Shown one piece after another: positions 21,394 through 32,712 of a stretch of 64,000 nucleotides of DNA. The stretch comes from an uncultured Verrucomicrobiae bacterium (GTDB lineage Bacteria; Verrucomicrobiota; Verrucomicrobiia; Chthoniobacterales; UBA10450), in assembly GCA_963850015.1 (NCBI GenBank), contig CAWKJF010000001.1:456391-520390 (forward strand). Reading direction: 5' to 3'. Position 1 is the stretch's first letter. Each line of letters begins with the position of its first letter. The position numbers and the translations under genes are program-made. The notes beneath the pieces are model-generated. The model saw only the letters and a program-made list of their open reading frames with translations. It was not told where the DNA came from and made no database searches.

Positions 21394-23205
21394 ATGACCA
21401 CTCAAAAAATCCTCACCCGCGCCGACCTCCCCGACTCCGACAAATGGGATCTGACCCATCTTTTCACCGGCGCGGACAAATGGACCGAGGACTTCGCCTG
21501 GATCCAACAGAACCTATCCGAAAATCACCGAATGGAAGGGTCGTCTCGGCGAATCGGCCGCGACACTCGCCGCTTGTCTGGAATTCGAGAAATCGCTCGA
21601 TCAAAAAATCGAGCGCGTTTCCCACTACGCTTCGCTCCAGCTCGCGGAAGACAGCGCCAATCCGGAATACCTCGCTCGCATGGGGCAGTTGCAGAATCTG
21701 CTCACCAAGATCAGCGAAGCCGCCTCCTTTCTTGGCCCGGAAATCCAGGCGATCCCGGACGAAAAATTCGCCAATTTCTGGAGGACCCGGCGCTGGCCGC
21801 GTGGAAAACAGCCCTGAAGAAAATCCGGCGGATGAAACCGCACGTCTTATCGGAGCGGGAAGAACGCCTGCTCGCGCTCGGGAGTGCGGCGCTCGATGGC
21901 TACGACGACACCTTTTCCCAGCTGACCGACGTCGACATGAAATTCGGCGTGTTAACCGACGAGAAAGGGGAGGAAAAACCGCTCACGCAAAGTTCCTTTG
22001 GCTCGTTCCTGGTGAAACGAGATCACGCCCTGCGCAAGCGGGCGTTTCACCAATTCTATGAGGAATTTCAGGATCACCAATTCACGCTCGCTTCATCCCT
22101 CTCTTATTCGGTCAAGGCCGACGTTTTTCGGGCGCGCGCCCGAAATTATCCATCGGCGCTCGAAGCCTCGCTCTTCCGCGACGACGTGCCCGTAGCGGTT
22201 TATGACGGACTGATCTCCGCGGTTCGGCAGAATCTCGCGCCGCTCTTCCGCTACTACGAATTGCGCCGGCGCGTTCTGGGTTTGGACGAGCTGCATCACT
22301 ACGACACCTATGTCCCGCTCGTTCCCGAGATCGATTCCCGCGTCACCTTCGACGAGGCGATCGAACAGATCCTCGCCGCCTTCGGGCCGCTCGGACCGGA
22401 ATACATCACGACGCTCAGCGAAGGTTTGCGCGGGCGCTGGTGCGATCGCTACGAGACGAAAGGGAAACGGAGCGGCGCTTTTTCCTCCGGCAGCTTCGGC
22501 GCGCCGCCCTATATCCTGATGAATTACAAGAGCGACGTTTTTTCCGACGTCTACACCCTCGCCCACGAAGCCGGGCATTCGATGCACACCTGGTTCGCGC
22601 AGAGGATCGCAAACCTTCCAGGATTACGATTACCCGATTTTTCTGGCCGAGGTCGCCTCCACGTTCAACGAGGAACTGCTCACCCATCATCTTCTCGAGA
22701 CAGACCGACGACAAGAAAATGCGCGCCTACATCATCAACCGCCAAATCGACGACATCCGCGGCACGCTTTTCCGGCAAACGATGTTCGCCGAGTTCGAGA
22801 AAGATCATCCACGCGATCGAGGAACGCGGCGACGCCCTGACGCTCGATGTCTTCAAGGCCGAATATCGCACGCTGCTGGAGGCTTATTTCGGAGCAGCGG
22901 TCGTGCTCGACCCGCAGCTCGATCTGGAATGTCTGCGCATCCCGCACTTTTACAACGCGTTTTACGTCTACAAATACGCCACCGGCATTTCCGCCGCGGT
23001 CGCGCTCTCCGAGCGCGTGCTCGCGGAGGAACCGGGCAGCGTGGAAAACTATCTCGACTTCCTGAAGTCGGGCGGCTCCAAGATTTCCGCTCGAAACTTT
23101 GCAGGCCGCCGGCGTCGACATGACAACGCCCGGCGCCGATTGAGAGCACGCTTCGGCTTTTCGAGCGGCGGCTGGCCGAGCTCGAAGCTCTGCTCGACCC
23201 CATAA
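21394..23205 (+). pseudogene. pepF: Oligoendopeptidase F (M3B, PepF), at least five frame breaks including compensating pairs
   Basis: The HEAGH zinc motif (YTLAHEAGHSMHTWF), WCDRYETKGKRSGAFS and IPHFYNAFYVYKYATG are present. Segments at about 21520-21775 and 22600-22800 are protein-like only in other frames (for example KIERVSHYASLQLAEDSANPEYLARMGQLQNLLTKISEAASF, and DDKKMRAYIINRQIDDIRGTLFRQTMFAEFEK). The exact 3' end is uncertain. Confidence 0.85.
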
Positions 23206-23265
23206 ACGCCCGATTCGCCAGGCTCGGACTGGAGCGCCGGGCGCGGGATTTGCTAAATAAGCACC

Positions 23266-23733
23266 GTGCAGTTTGAATGGCAGTTGCAGGCCGCCTGCGG
23301 CTACGCAGAGCTGGGCATGACGCGCGAATCGCTCGCGGAGCTCGACGCGATTCCGGCTCGCTATCAAAATCGCCCGGAGGTGCTGCAGCTTCGGCTTCAT
23401 CATCTCATGCGAAAAAAGAAGTGGACCCTCGCCCTTCGCGTCAGCCAGAAGCTTTGTCGCGTCGCACCCGATGCCGGCGCCGGTTTTCTCCATGCCGGGT
23501 TTTGCCTGCATCAGCTCGGCAAGACGGCGGAAGCAAGACATCTCTTGATTACCGGCCCGCTCGCCCTGCTGAAGGAGCCCATCTATTATTACAACATGGG
23601 TTGTTACGAAGCGCTTCTGGGCAACGTCCACGACGCTCAGGCGAATCTGCAGATCAGCTTCAAGATGGACAGCTCCTTCCGCGATCTGGCGAAAAAGGAT
23701 CCGGATCTGAAGGCGCTCCACGCGGTGATTTGA
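23266..23733 (+). CDS. TPR-like repeat protein
   Basis: The 155-aa ORF is intact and has helical-repeat character (CGYAELGMTRESLAELD...GFCLHQLGKTAEARHLL...YNMGCYEALLGNVHDAQANL). Confidence 0.6.
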   Translation: MQFEWQLQAACGYAELGMTRESLAELDAIPARYQNRPEVLQLRLHHLMRKKKWTLALRVSQKLCRVAPDAGAGFLHAGFCLHQLGKTAEARHLLITGPLALLKEPIYYYNMGCYEALLGNVHDAQANLQISFKMDSSFRDLAKKDPDLKALHAVI

Positions 23734-23856
23734 GGTCGTTTCCCGCGACGAGATAATCCCCCCTAAACGCGGGCGACGCTTTGGCTGAAGGCCTCAAGGA
23801 GCGGCGGTTTACGATCGCCGTTAGGAAAAGGCGGGCGGTTTGGAAAGCGCCCCTCC

Positions 23857-25005
23857 TTGGTCTACGCTCGGCGGTGGATCGGGACCGCCTTACCTCACTA
23901 TTCGACGAAAATTTTTCGCCGCTTCGGCGAGCTCGGCGCGGCGGTCTCCGTTTGGCACAACGGAAAATCGGTTCTCGAACTGCACGGCGGATTTCGCGAC
24001 GCTAAACGTGAGACGCCGTGGACGCCGACACCATCGTCCTCTTTTGGTCGGCGACGAAAGGGTCTGGGCAGCGCATGTCTGCTTGCATCTCCTGCAAGAG
24101 CGAGAAATCGACACTGACGCGCCGCGTCGCCGAATTCTGGCCGGAGTTTGCCCAGGCGGGCAAAGACGAGATCACCCTCGCGCAACTGCTTTCGCATCAA
24201 GCCGGCTTGTGCGCCTTGGATGAGGCGGCCGACGTGACCGATTATCCGGCCGTCATCACCGCGCTGGAAAAGCAGGAGCCGCTCTGGCCGCCGGGAACGG
24301 CGCACGGCTATCATGCGCGCACTTTCGGATTCCTGCTCGATGAGCTGGTGCGCCGCATCGCAGGAATTACCCTGAGCGAATATTGGCGGGCAACATTCGC
24401 CGATCCGCTCGATCTCGACATCTGGATCGGCTTACCGGATTCGGAGCAAGAGCGCGTCGCGACCGATCTACCCGGCCAGGGCCGGCGGTGTGGCGTCGCC
24501 CGCGGCATTTTATCGAGACCTCGCCACGCCCGGAACGATCGCGCGAAAAGCTTTCACCTCTCCGCGCGGACTCCACGCGGTGAGCGATATGAACAAACCG
24601 GAAAACCGCGCGAGGCCGATTGTTTCATTTGGCGGAATCGGCAGCGCAACATCGCTGGCAAAGTTCTACGCCATGCTGGCCAATGATGGCGAACTCGACG
24701 GCCGCCGATTTTTCGCGCCGGAAACGATCGCGCAAATGACGACGACCCTTGTCTCCGGCTTGGATCGAGTCTTCCAGATCCCCACTGCGTTCTCCGCCGG
24801 GTTCATGAAGGATCCGCCGGAAACAACGCGACGAATTTTCGGTCCTTCTCCACTGGCCTTCGGCCATCCGGGCGCGGGCGGCAGTCATGCCTTTGCCGAT
24901 CCCGAGCATCGCATCTCGTTCGCCTACGTCATGAACCAAATGGAGCAATCGCTCCTGCCTAACGAGAAATCGCTCCGGCTGGTGGATATCATTTACTCAG
25001 AATGA
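23857..25005 (+). pseudogene. Beta-lactamase-family serine hydrolase (class C/esterase-like), about four frame breaks
   Basis: The SxxK nucleophile motif is present (LFWSATKG). Also present are AEFWPEFAQAGKDEITLAQLLSHQAGL, GTAHGYHARTFGFLLDELVRR, GGIGSATSLAKFYAML and FGHPGAGGSHAFADPEHRISFAYVMN. The pieces lie in ORFs 23857..24117, 23840..24223, 24018..24686 and 24490..25005. Confidence 0.75.
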
Positions 25006-25101
25006 CGTGCTTCCTCACGTCTTGCGCGGCCCCACGCCCAAATCGCCCATGATCCCGGACCGCCGCGGCGAGATCCCTCCGAAGATCACAGCGTCTCGCG
25101 G

Positions 25102-25679
25102 TTACTCCGGCGGGAGCGCACCTTCAAAGCCCAGCGTCATAGGGTTCTTCATTTCACCCTTATTGCTCATCCCCGTGGGTTGAAGCACCACGTTGCGGCA
25201 GGTGAAATAAGTGAAGCCATTGACCGAAGACAACTGTGAGGGTGCCGGCGCCCTCCTGCGCCGACCATTCTTTGATTTGATTATCGCTAACGTCGGCGAA
25301 GGAAAAATGGACTATATTCTGTGCTGCGTCGCCTTTGGCGCCCACCTGGTAAACCCCCGCTTTGGGCCTGGCCGCAGTTCCAAATTCCATGTGCAGGACC
25401 AGGAGGTCTTTCACGGCTACGTAATCGCCACTCACTAATCGAAAACTGGCCGTGTATTTATAAGCAGTCCTGGCGGCGTTGCTGACGTTAGCCCGCACCT
25501 CACCCGTGTTGAACCAGCCATCGGGCCCTGCGTAGAGTTTGCTTTTCGGATTGGAAAAGCGGTCGTCGCTAGCCGAGGGAGCATGCCCCCAAACGTCGGC
25601 TTTGGTGGCGGTCGGGTATCTGCGCGAAGGCGGAAAAAATCGCCAGCAATGAGCAAGCGGTCAGAGTCAGAAATTTCAT
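25102..25679 (-). pseudogene. Secreted hypothetical protein, two frame breaks
   Basis: The ATG at 25679 gives the signal peptide MKFLTLTACSLLAIFSAFAQ. The body lies in ORFs 25435..25656 and 25160..25498 (ANVSNAARTAYKYTASFRLVSGDYVAVKDLLVLHMEFGTAARPKAGVYQVGAKGD). The tail NGFTYFTCRNVVLQPTGMSNKGEMKNPMTLGFEGALPPE is in a third frame, with its stop at 25102-25104. Confidence 0.45.
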
Positions 25680-25799
25680 GGATGTAATCGTCGCAGAGTA
25701 TTGTCTGTCATCGTCTTCATCTATTTAACGATCGGCAATGGGACTGGCGTGGGTGGGGGCGTCCTCTTTCGGATGGGCGGCGGCGTAACCGGGGGCGCC

Positions 25800-26135
25800 T
25801 CGCGCAGGATCGGCGGCGCTTTAACAATCGGAGGTGTCCTTCGGCGGAACACGTTGGATTGGCGGATCCTTAATCGGCGGAGTGTATTTCGGCGGAACGC
25901 GCAAGATGGGGCGGCGCTTTAACAGGCCGCAGTATCTTTCGGCGGAACGCGCTGGATTAGCGAATCCTTAATCGGCGGAGTGTATTTCGGTGGAACGCGC
26001 AAGGGGTGGCGGCACTTTCAAAGGCGGAGTATCTTTCGGCGGAACGCGCTGGATTAGTGGATCCTTAATCGGCGGGTTGTATTTCGGCGGAACGCGCAAG
26101 GGGGGCGGCACCTTCAAAGGCGGAGCGTCCTTGGG
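25800..26135 (-). repeat. Coding tandem repeat, about 3.5 copies of a unit of about 98 bp
   Basis: The plus-strand anchor TCGGCGGAAC(G/A)CG(C/T)TGGATT recurs at 25841, 25939 and 26036 (spacings 98 and 97 nt). The half-unit TCGG(C/T)GGAACGCGCAAG recurs at 25889, 25987 and 26085. The unit encodes IQRVPPKDTPPLKVPPPLRVPPKY(N/T)PPIKDP. Confidence 0.85.
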
Positions 26136-26345
26136 AGGCAGCTTCAATGGAGGTCCATCTATCGTGATGCCGCCGCCCGAGTCACCCGGCGGTTTATCGA
26201 CCGGTGGCAACTTCGGTGGGACCTTCAACGGAGGCCTAATCTTGATGATGCCGCCACCCGCGTCGGTTCCCGGCGGCTTGTCGACCGGTGGCACCTTCAA
26301 TGGAGGCCCATCGACCGTGAACCCGCCGCCCGAGGAACCGCCGTC

Positions 26346-26390
26346 GGATTTATCGCCGCCGGATTTATCGCCGCCGGATTTATCGCCGCC
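26346..26390 (-). repeat. Perfect 15-bp x3 tandem repeat (GDKSG x3)
   Basis: The plus-strand unit GGATTTATCGCCGCC occurs at 26346, 26361 and 26376. Confidence 0.9.
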
Positions 26391-26469
26391 CGGTTCCCGG
26401 CGGCCTATGCCAGCGCGGAGGCGGGATCTGTTCAACTGGCGGCGGCATGTCTTTAACAGGTGGCTTGTA

Positions 26470-26574
26470 CCTGTGTTCGATTATCGGCGGCCTGCGTTCG
26501 ATCACCGGCGGCACGTAATCATCTTTCGGCGGCCTGTGTTCGATTATCGGCGGCACGTAATCATCTTTCGGAGG
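26470..26574 (-). repeat. 42-bp x2.5 coding tandem repeat (RPPKDDYVPP(I/V)IE(H/R))
   Basis: CCTG(T/C)GTTCGAT(T/C)A(T/C)CGGCGGCACGTAATCATCTTTCGG(C/A)GG is repeated at 26491 and 26533, with a half copy at 26470. Confidence 0.85.
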
Positions 26575-27500
26575 TGTGCGCCGGATGGGTGGCGTAAAGG
26601 GCGGAGGAGGCCGAGACCCGGGCGGACGCTCGCACTTCGGAGGGCATGGAAGCGGATACCACCAGCAATGCGGCGGCTCGCGGCGGACAGGTCGTTTCTT
26701 CGCCGGGTATCCCATGCCAGCGATAGCAGCCGCAACCGGTCTCCCACCACCAGCCGCCCCCGATTTGAATCCAAACCCAACCCCAGTCGCGCGCCCCAGT
26801 TTCGCAATTCAATCCCCAGACGTAGGACCAATTTCCGCCGTCAACGGCGAGCGGCGTGAGCATAAAGGCATGTTTTTGTCCGTCGCGCGTGTAGCCCTCA
26901 CCTACGATCACCATGGAGTCGTTGATCGCCTTCGCCACGGTGAGCAGCTGGAAGTTGCTTTGTGCGAGATCGCAAGCGGAGTTGAGGTCAACCAACTGGC
27001 CGTCCACATGGAGAAAGGCATGCACCGTCCCGTCGGCTACGGTGGAAAAGCCGACAATCTGGCCCGGCGAGTTCATGCCAAGTGCACTGCTCTGTCCGCC
27101 GCCGAGTGTGCCGATATCACTCACGCCCTGGTCAGATTGCGCAAACGCGTGATACACAGTGGTCTCCACCAGGTCGCCCGCGCCCGCCAGGCCCGCGAGG
27201 TTATTAGTGATGGCCGTGCTGCCCGCGCCGCCCAGAGTGCCGAGATCCTGCATTTTTCCATCGCGGAAGAGAAAGGCGTGACCCGAGCCGTCCGCGGTTT
27301 GAGCAAAGCCGACGACGTGGCCCGCCGCGTTGACGCCGTTCGCGGTGCTCGTCGCTCCGCCCAGAGTGCCGAGATCAGTGAGAGTAAAGCCAAGCTGCGC
27401 TTCGGCCGGCACGGCCGCCAGGCAAAGGCAAAATATTCCGGCGAGACAGACTTTGGATTGGATCTTCATAAAGGGGAGCGAGCGGTTGACCATGACGTGT

Positions 27501-28567
27501 TCATTTTTCGACAATCTTGACTAGCTCGACCCGGCGGTTCTTGGCCCGGCCAGCCTCGGTTTCGTTGCTCGCGATAGGCGCGGCGAAGGAAACGCCGACG
27601 GCGAAAAGTCTATCCGCAGCGATTCCATAACTGCTGACCAAAGCGGCAACGACGGCGTCCGCTCGTCGCTGTGAAAGCGCCAGGTTCATCTCGAATCCGC
27701 CGAAGCGAATCGGTGTGACCCACGATCAGAACCTTCAGCGCCGGATTCGACTGTCATGAGAGTTCCGATTTCCGTGAGCGCCTCTTTCGAGTCCGCTTTG
27801 ACCTCTGCCTTGTTGAAATCGAAGTAGATGCCGTAAAGAGCGATGCGGCCGGACTTCGGAAAGCGAGTCTTTCATCTCGGCGGCGGACACCTTGACCATG
27901 CGATCGGCCATTCCTTTCTTTTCCGTGATTGTGACCAAAGCGAGGACCTGCCCTTTCTCCGTGCCAAAGGCGTATCCGTCGCCATGTGCTCGTATTGGCG
28001 GCGGCGAAGATGGATCACGTATGTACTTCCCCGTCTCGCCCGATTTGCTTAAGCGCGGCGTAGCGAGAATCCTGATTTAACGAGAGCGGCGTGTAGAGCT
28101 CGCTCCGGGAGCCCGTGGTTCGGATAGACTTCTTTAAGAAGCGATCGTAGCCATCGTCGATCGTGCTCTTGTTCGAGCCCCGCCCTCCCCTTCGAAAGAA
28201 CTTCGAACCCATTGGCTTTAAGGTCCGCTTGATACTGGCGCAGCACTTCCAGCGTGGAGGCATTTTTCGGCGCGCGGTAAAGGATTCGCGTTTGCGGCCC
28301 TTCCACCATCTCCTGTTTAAACGGCCGGAATTTTTGCGCGTCGTAATCGAACATGATCTTTTCCAGCGGCATACATTGCTCGTCGAAGGCCTGTTTTTCG
28401 AAGAAGACAATGACGGAACCCTCCATCCGTTTGAGCGCCGGATGATCGGCCGAACTAGGCTTGTCCTTGGTGAAGTCGTCTCCCCCAGAAAGCCGCTGCC
28501 CTAGAAGAAGCAGCGAAGCGACAATTACCGAGACGGTCCGAGAGTGGGAGAGAGGATTATATCTCAT
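27501..28567 (-). pseudogene. OmpA/MotB-family peptidoglycan-binding protein with an uncharacterised N-terminal domain, at least five frame breaks
   Basis: The C-terminal OmpA-like domain reads GRIALYGIYFDFNKAEVKADSKEALTEI...LKVLIVGHTDS...NLALSQRRADAVVAALVSSYGIAADRLFAVGVSFAAPIASNETEAGRAKNRRVELVK. It is spread over several frames (ORFs 27501..27689 and 27735..27938). The N-terminal part is ORF 28049..28567, which begins with a signal-like segment. Confidence 0.75.
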
Positions 28568-28728
28568 GCTACTCTCTGCTAAAGGGAACGGTGGGGAATG
28601 GTTTCAGCTTTTCTTAATAATTATCGTCCAGGCGCAGATGGAGTAGCGCGTGAGCCGATTGAGACCGCGCCCGGGCTTTAGATGCGCCCGCAAGCCGAAG
28701 CCGTCCTGCAGCGCAGGCGATGAACCGG

Positions 28729-31700
28729 CTACAACGCGTCGTCCCAATCGAGGCCGATGGCGCGTAATTCCCGCCGCACGGCTGGCAAATCCCATTCATA
28801 AAAATGGGTGCTGTAACCGACGAACATCTTTTCGCCATTCAGGCGCGAAAGCGACCGCCATGGTCGGATCGCCGGGAAAGACCCGAGGATGGCGCCATCG
28901 CCGATTCGCACGAAAGAAGGCTCGCTGTTGTTCAGGGCCGCAAGGATTTTTTCGTCAGGAGTAAACCAGGCATCGTCACCGACGTTTTCGAGTCTCGGCT
29001 TACGAGCCAGCCGCGGCAGCTCCCAAAACCCGCGCCCGGGCCGAGACCGCAAGCCAACCAGCCACCGACCGCTCGGGCTGATGCGAACGGAATTGTTTGG
29101 GCCGGCTTCCAGACGTCGCACCAGCTGGCCGGTCTTCGCGTCCCAAACGCGGGCGTCCGACTCACGGCTGTCACTCGCTGATCCCAATCGTTCGTCGCGA
29201 CGAATCGCAGATCGGGCGAAAGGAAAGCGCCGGCTGGTTTACTCGCTACCGGCAAATCAACCGGCTGGGCCGGATCGGCCAACGGCACGAGCGTAGAACT
29301 TCCCGATGCTCTCACCGTAAGAGGCGACGACGGGTGGATCGCCCACGATATCCGTGAGCAGGAAGCCCGGACGAGCGTCGACTAATTCCGCAGGTCCGAC
29401 TTCGATTGAATTGGCATCACGCCATCGCAGTGAACATTTCCAAAGCCCCGATTCCTTGCCCACTGTAGACAAGCGCGTCACCTCGCGGCGTAAAGGCAGC
29501 CGTCTTCATTTCTCCGGGAAAAACCGGCAAGTCGGCGAGAATCTTTCCGGACTCCGTCGAAAGAAGATGCAGCCCGTCGGACTGCAATCCGATCACCATC
29601 AGCCGCCCATCTTTGCTCAGACTAATCCCGCTAATCCGGCTGTACCAATCGCTCAACGCGCAGCGATAGAATTCGCGACACGGCGCATCCAACACCACGT
29701 CCGCGGTCGAGAGGCCAGTTCCGGTGCCGCCCATGGCGAGACGATGACCATCCGCGGAAAAACGCAGGCACGGCTCTCCGTAAAGCCCCGCGTTCAACAC
29801 GCAGGCGCCGCTCTCCACATCCCAAAACCGGACCGATGCTATCGCGCGCGGTCGAGGCGAGAATCTTCGCCCGCCGGATGAAAACGCAAGCAGACCCGGA
29901 AACCCTTCGTGGCCTTGCAAGATGCGCAATTGCCGGCCCGTCGCCGTATCCCAGAGGTAAAGGTTGTCGTCGTTACAAGCTGCCGCCAACTGCTGCGACG
30001 AACCCGGCCGCCAGACCACATGATGAAGAAAGCCCGGGTGGTTTAGCGTCTGTTCGCGCTGTCCCGACTGCCCGGTCGTAGAGTCTCGATGTCCGCGCTC
30101 TTCTTGCCCACGAGCGCGACCTTGCGCCCGTCAGGTGAGAACGCGATCACGGCCGGGAATGGTTGCAGTGATCAAGACGGCTCAGTTTCGTGGCCGTCGT
30201 TCGCATCGTGGAAAGAGATCCCGCCACTCGGGCAAACTGACGGCTAACTCTCGTCCATCGGGAGTGAATCCGAAGTCGTAGGCAAACGCCCGGCCGTTTG
30301 CGCAGACCGGCCGGTTCGACAGTTCGAACACCATGTCGCCCTGTCTCCAATTCGTAAACGCGGACCACATCATTCGCATAACGCGCCGCGATCTTTCGAT
30401 CGTCCAAGCTGAGTGGCGCAATATAAAGAACGCGCGGATTTCCTTCCGGCGCGGCAAGACGCGCGATCTCGCTCTTGATCTGCCGTGCGCCGGACGCTCA
30501 GAACACCGGCGGCCACTTCCGCCACATAACGGGTCAGGGTCGAATCGAAAGCTGCCGGCGAATTCGGCGCGTGCCGGTCGTTCCAGTCGCGATCAACGCG
30601 CAGATCAGGAAGCATCAAAGCCGCGAGCGCCTCCGTGCGGAGATCGGCACCGGGCCGCACTCCGGCCGCGCGTTGCAAGGCCGACAGCGTTTCAAAGCGT
30701 TGCCCCATGCGGCCGCCGAGGCGCGTGGCTCGCGCCTGGGCCAAGGAAGCGGATCGCAATTCTTCGCGCGCCGCATGCTCGGCAGCGAGCGCCCGGCGAT
30801 TTGAAACGCTCAAACGCGCGGCCGCGATCGTAGATCCCACCGCCAGCGCAACAACCGCAACGAGCAGCGCGCCGGAAAGAGTAGCCAACGCCGGATTGCG
30901 CTTCGTCCAACGCCAGGTCCGCTCGGCGCGCGTCGCCGGGCGGGCCAGGATGGTTCGCCCCGACAACCACCGCTCCAGATCCTCCGCAAGCGACGCGGCC
31001 GAGCGATAACGCGCCGTGGGTTCTTTCGCCAGACACTTCAGACAAATCAATTCAAGATCGCGCGGCACATCTGGCACGAGATCGCGTAACGGAGCCGGCG
31101 CGGTGTCGCGCGAGAGCCGTAACGTTTCCAATGGAGTTTCCGCGTCAAAAGGCGGCCGGCCCGCGAGCAATTCATAGAGGATCGCGCCAAGACTGTAGAT
31201 ATCCGCCGCCGTTGTAAGTGAAGCCGAGGCGCCCGCCGCCTGTTCAGGCGCGACGTAATGCGGAGTGCCGAGCGCCGTCGGAAAGAGCGTGAGCCCACGA
31301 TCGCGCCCTATCCATTTCGCGATTCCGAAATCCGTGACGTACGGCGTCTGTTCCGCACCGTCGAGCAGGATATTTCCGGGTTTCAGATCGCGATGAAGAA
31401 TGCCGCGTTCATGGGCATGATGGACGGCGTGCGCGACCGTGGCGATTAATTGCGCGGCACCTCGAAAGTCCCCGGCGAACTGCGCTTTATGATCCCGCAG
31501 CGTGCCGCCACTCGCGAATTTCATGCTGTAAAACGGCCGGCCCTCGCTCTCACCGATCTCGTAAATCGGCAGAATGTGCGGGTGATCCAGGCTCGCGACG
31601 GCTTCCGCTTCGGCGCGGAAGCGCTCCATCATGCCAGGTGTCGCAATTTCCTCCGCCAGGATCATTTTGACCGCGACCTGCCGCTGCGATCCGTGTTGGA

Positions 31701-31875
31701 TTGCGCGATAGACGACCCCCATTCCTCCGCGCGCGATCTCTTCAAAAAGATCGTAGCGCAACCCGCCTGCCTCTGGAACAGCTTCATCCGGCAGCAGCCC
31801 GTCCAGCAAGCAGACGGGGCAATGACCTCCGAGTGTCTTCGCCGCAATCTCCGCGTCGCATTTCCCGCAGCGCAT
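28729..31875 (-). pseudogene. Ser/Thr protein kinase with a TM segment and C-terminal WD40 beta-propeller; kinase half intact, WD40 half has at least six frame breaks
   Basis: ORF 30370..31875 starts with an N-terminal CxxC...CxxC, then a Hanks kinase (GGMGVVYRA, VAVKM, HRDLKPGNILL, DFGIAK, GTPHYVAPE), then the TM helix LATLSGALLVAVVALAVGSTIAA. Downstream fragments (30147..30457, 29417..30019, 28729..29481) carry WD40-like strands (LYLWDTATGRQLRILQGHEG, VRFWDVESG, ARVWDAKTGQLVRRLE). Confidence 0.85.
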
Positions 31876-31882
31876 GGAATCG

Positions 31883-32633
31883 TTAGGCCGCGGAGGACAG
31901 AACCTTGCGCAAATGCCGAAATTCCTCGTCGATTTCTTCAGGGCAGGAGACGGTGCGGGCGATCTCCTGGCGCAAACGCGCCCGATAATCGAGACGCATC
32001 CGGTGCACCGCGGTTTTCACCAGGCTCAACGACACCCCGAGATTATCCGCCGCCGTCTGATAGGAAGTGTCGCGTTGAATCCGCGGAGAGGAAGCTCTGC
32101 AAACCATCAAAGAGCCGCTGCTTTCCCAGGGCGATAAAGTCGGCGCGCAAGCCCAGGAGAGTTTGCTCGAGTAAAGTATGGGCCCAGCGCTTTTCGAAAA
32201 CCGCTTCCGGAGTGAGGGTGTGCGTCAGTTCGAGAAGTACCGCGCCCTGGCGTCGTCGGCGTCCAAGAAAAACGAATTCATGGCCGCCGCCTCGCTTCTT
32301 GGCGCTGGCGCGTTCGTGTTCGTTCGCGAGAAAGTTTTGGAGCGAAGTGAGGAGAAAGGAGCGGAATTTTCCGCGGAGGGGATCGGCTTTGGCGATCGCG
32401 CGTTTTCCCTGGAGATGCACGTAGAAACCCTGGACGAGATCCTCCGCGTCGTGTTCGCCGTAACCCCGCCGGCGGACGTAGGCATAAAGGGGATACCAAT
32501 AGGTTTGGTATAGGTTCGCCAGAGCTTTTTCGGCGGCGGGCAAATCATCTTCATCGCGGCAGGCCAGAACGAGGGTCCAGTGAGTAGTGTTGAAATTGGC
32601 GGCGCCGCCGCCTCGCTGGTCTGCCGTTTTCAC
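31883..32633 (-). pseudogene. ECF-type RNA polymerase sigma factor (Ser/Thr-kinase-associated type), one frame break
   Basis: Region 2 lies in ORF 32043..32741 (FNTTHWTLVL...ALANLYQTYWYPLYAYVRRRGYGEHDAEDLVQGFYVHL). Region 4 lies in ORF 31883..32110 (SYQTAADNLGVSLSLVKTAVHRMRLDYRARLRQEI). The likely start is the GTG at 32633, and the break is near 32075. The stop is 8 nt upstream of the kinase start. Confidence 0.8.
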
Positions 32634-32712
32634 AATCGCAACGTAGGAAGCCTGAATCGTAAAGACAAGGAGAGGGATGCCAGCCTCCACCCCGATAGGC
32701 AAGTCAACTTCC

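Larger units (their letters stand above)
25721..27469 (-). pseudogene. Secreted HAF-family extracellular-repeat protein with a Trp/Cys-rich segment and a long proline-rich tandem-repeat tail, at least four frame breaks
   Basis: The signal peptide is MKIQSKVCLAGIFCLCLAAVPAEA. About four HAF repeats follow (DLGTLGG..S.A.G.N..G.VVGF....G..HAFL). Next comes GGNWSYVWGLNCETGARDWGWVWIQIGGGWWWETGCGCYRWHG. Pro-rich repeats run through ORFs 26380..26715 and 25968..26435 and on to PPIRKRTPPPTPVPLPIVK, with the stop at 25721-25723. Confidence 0.7.

Noticed and set aside
25800-26574. Possible CRISPR array or non-coding satellite suggested by regularly spaced repeats
   Set aside because: The repeat units are contiguous with no unique spacers. 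They lie inside one long proline-rich reading frame continuous with the HAF-repeat protein, and there are no cas genes in the window.
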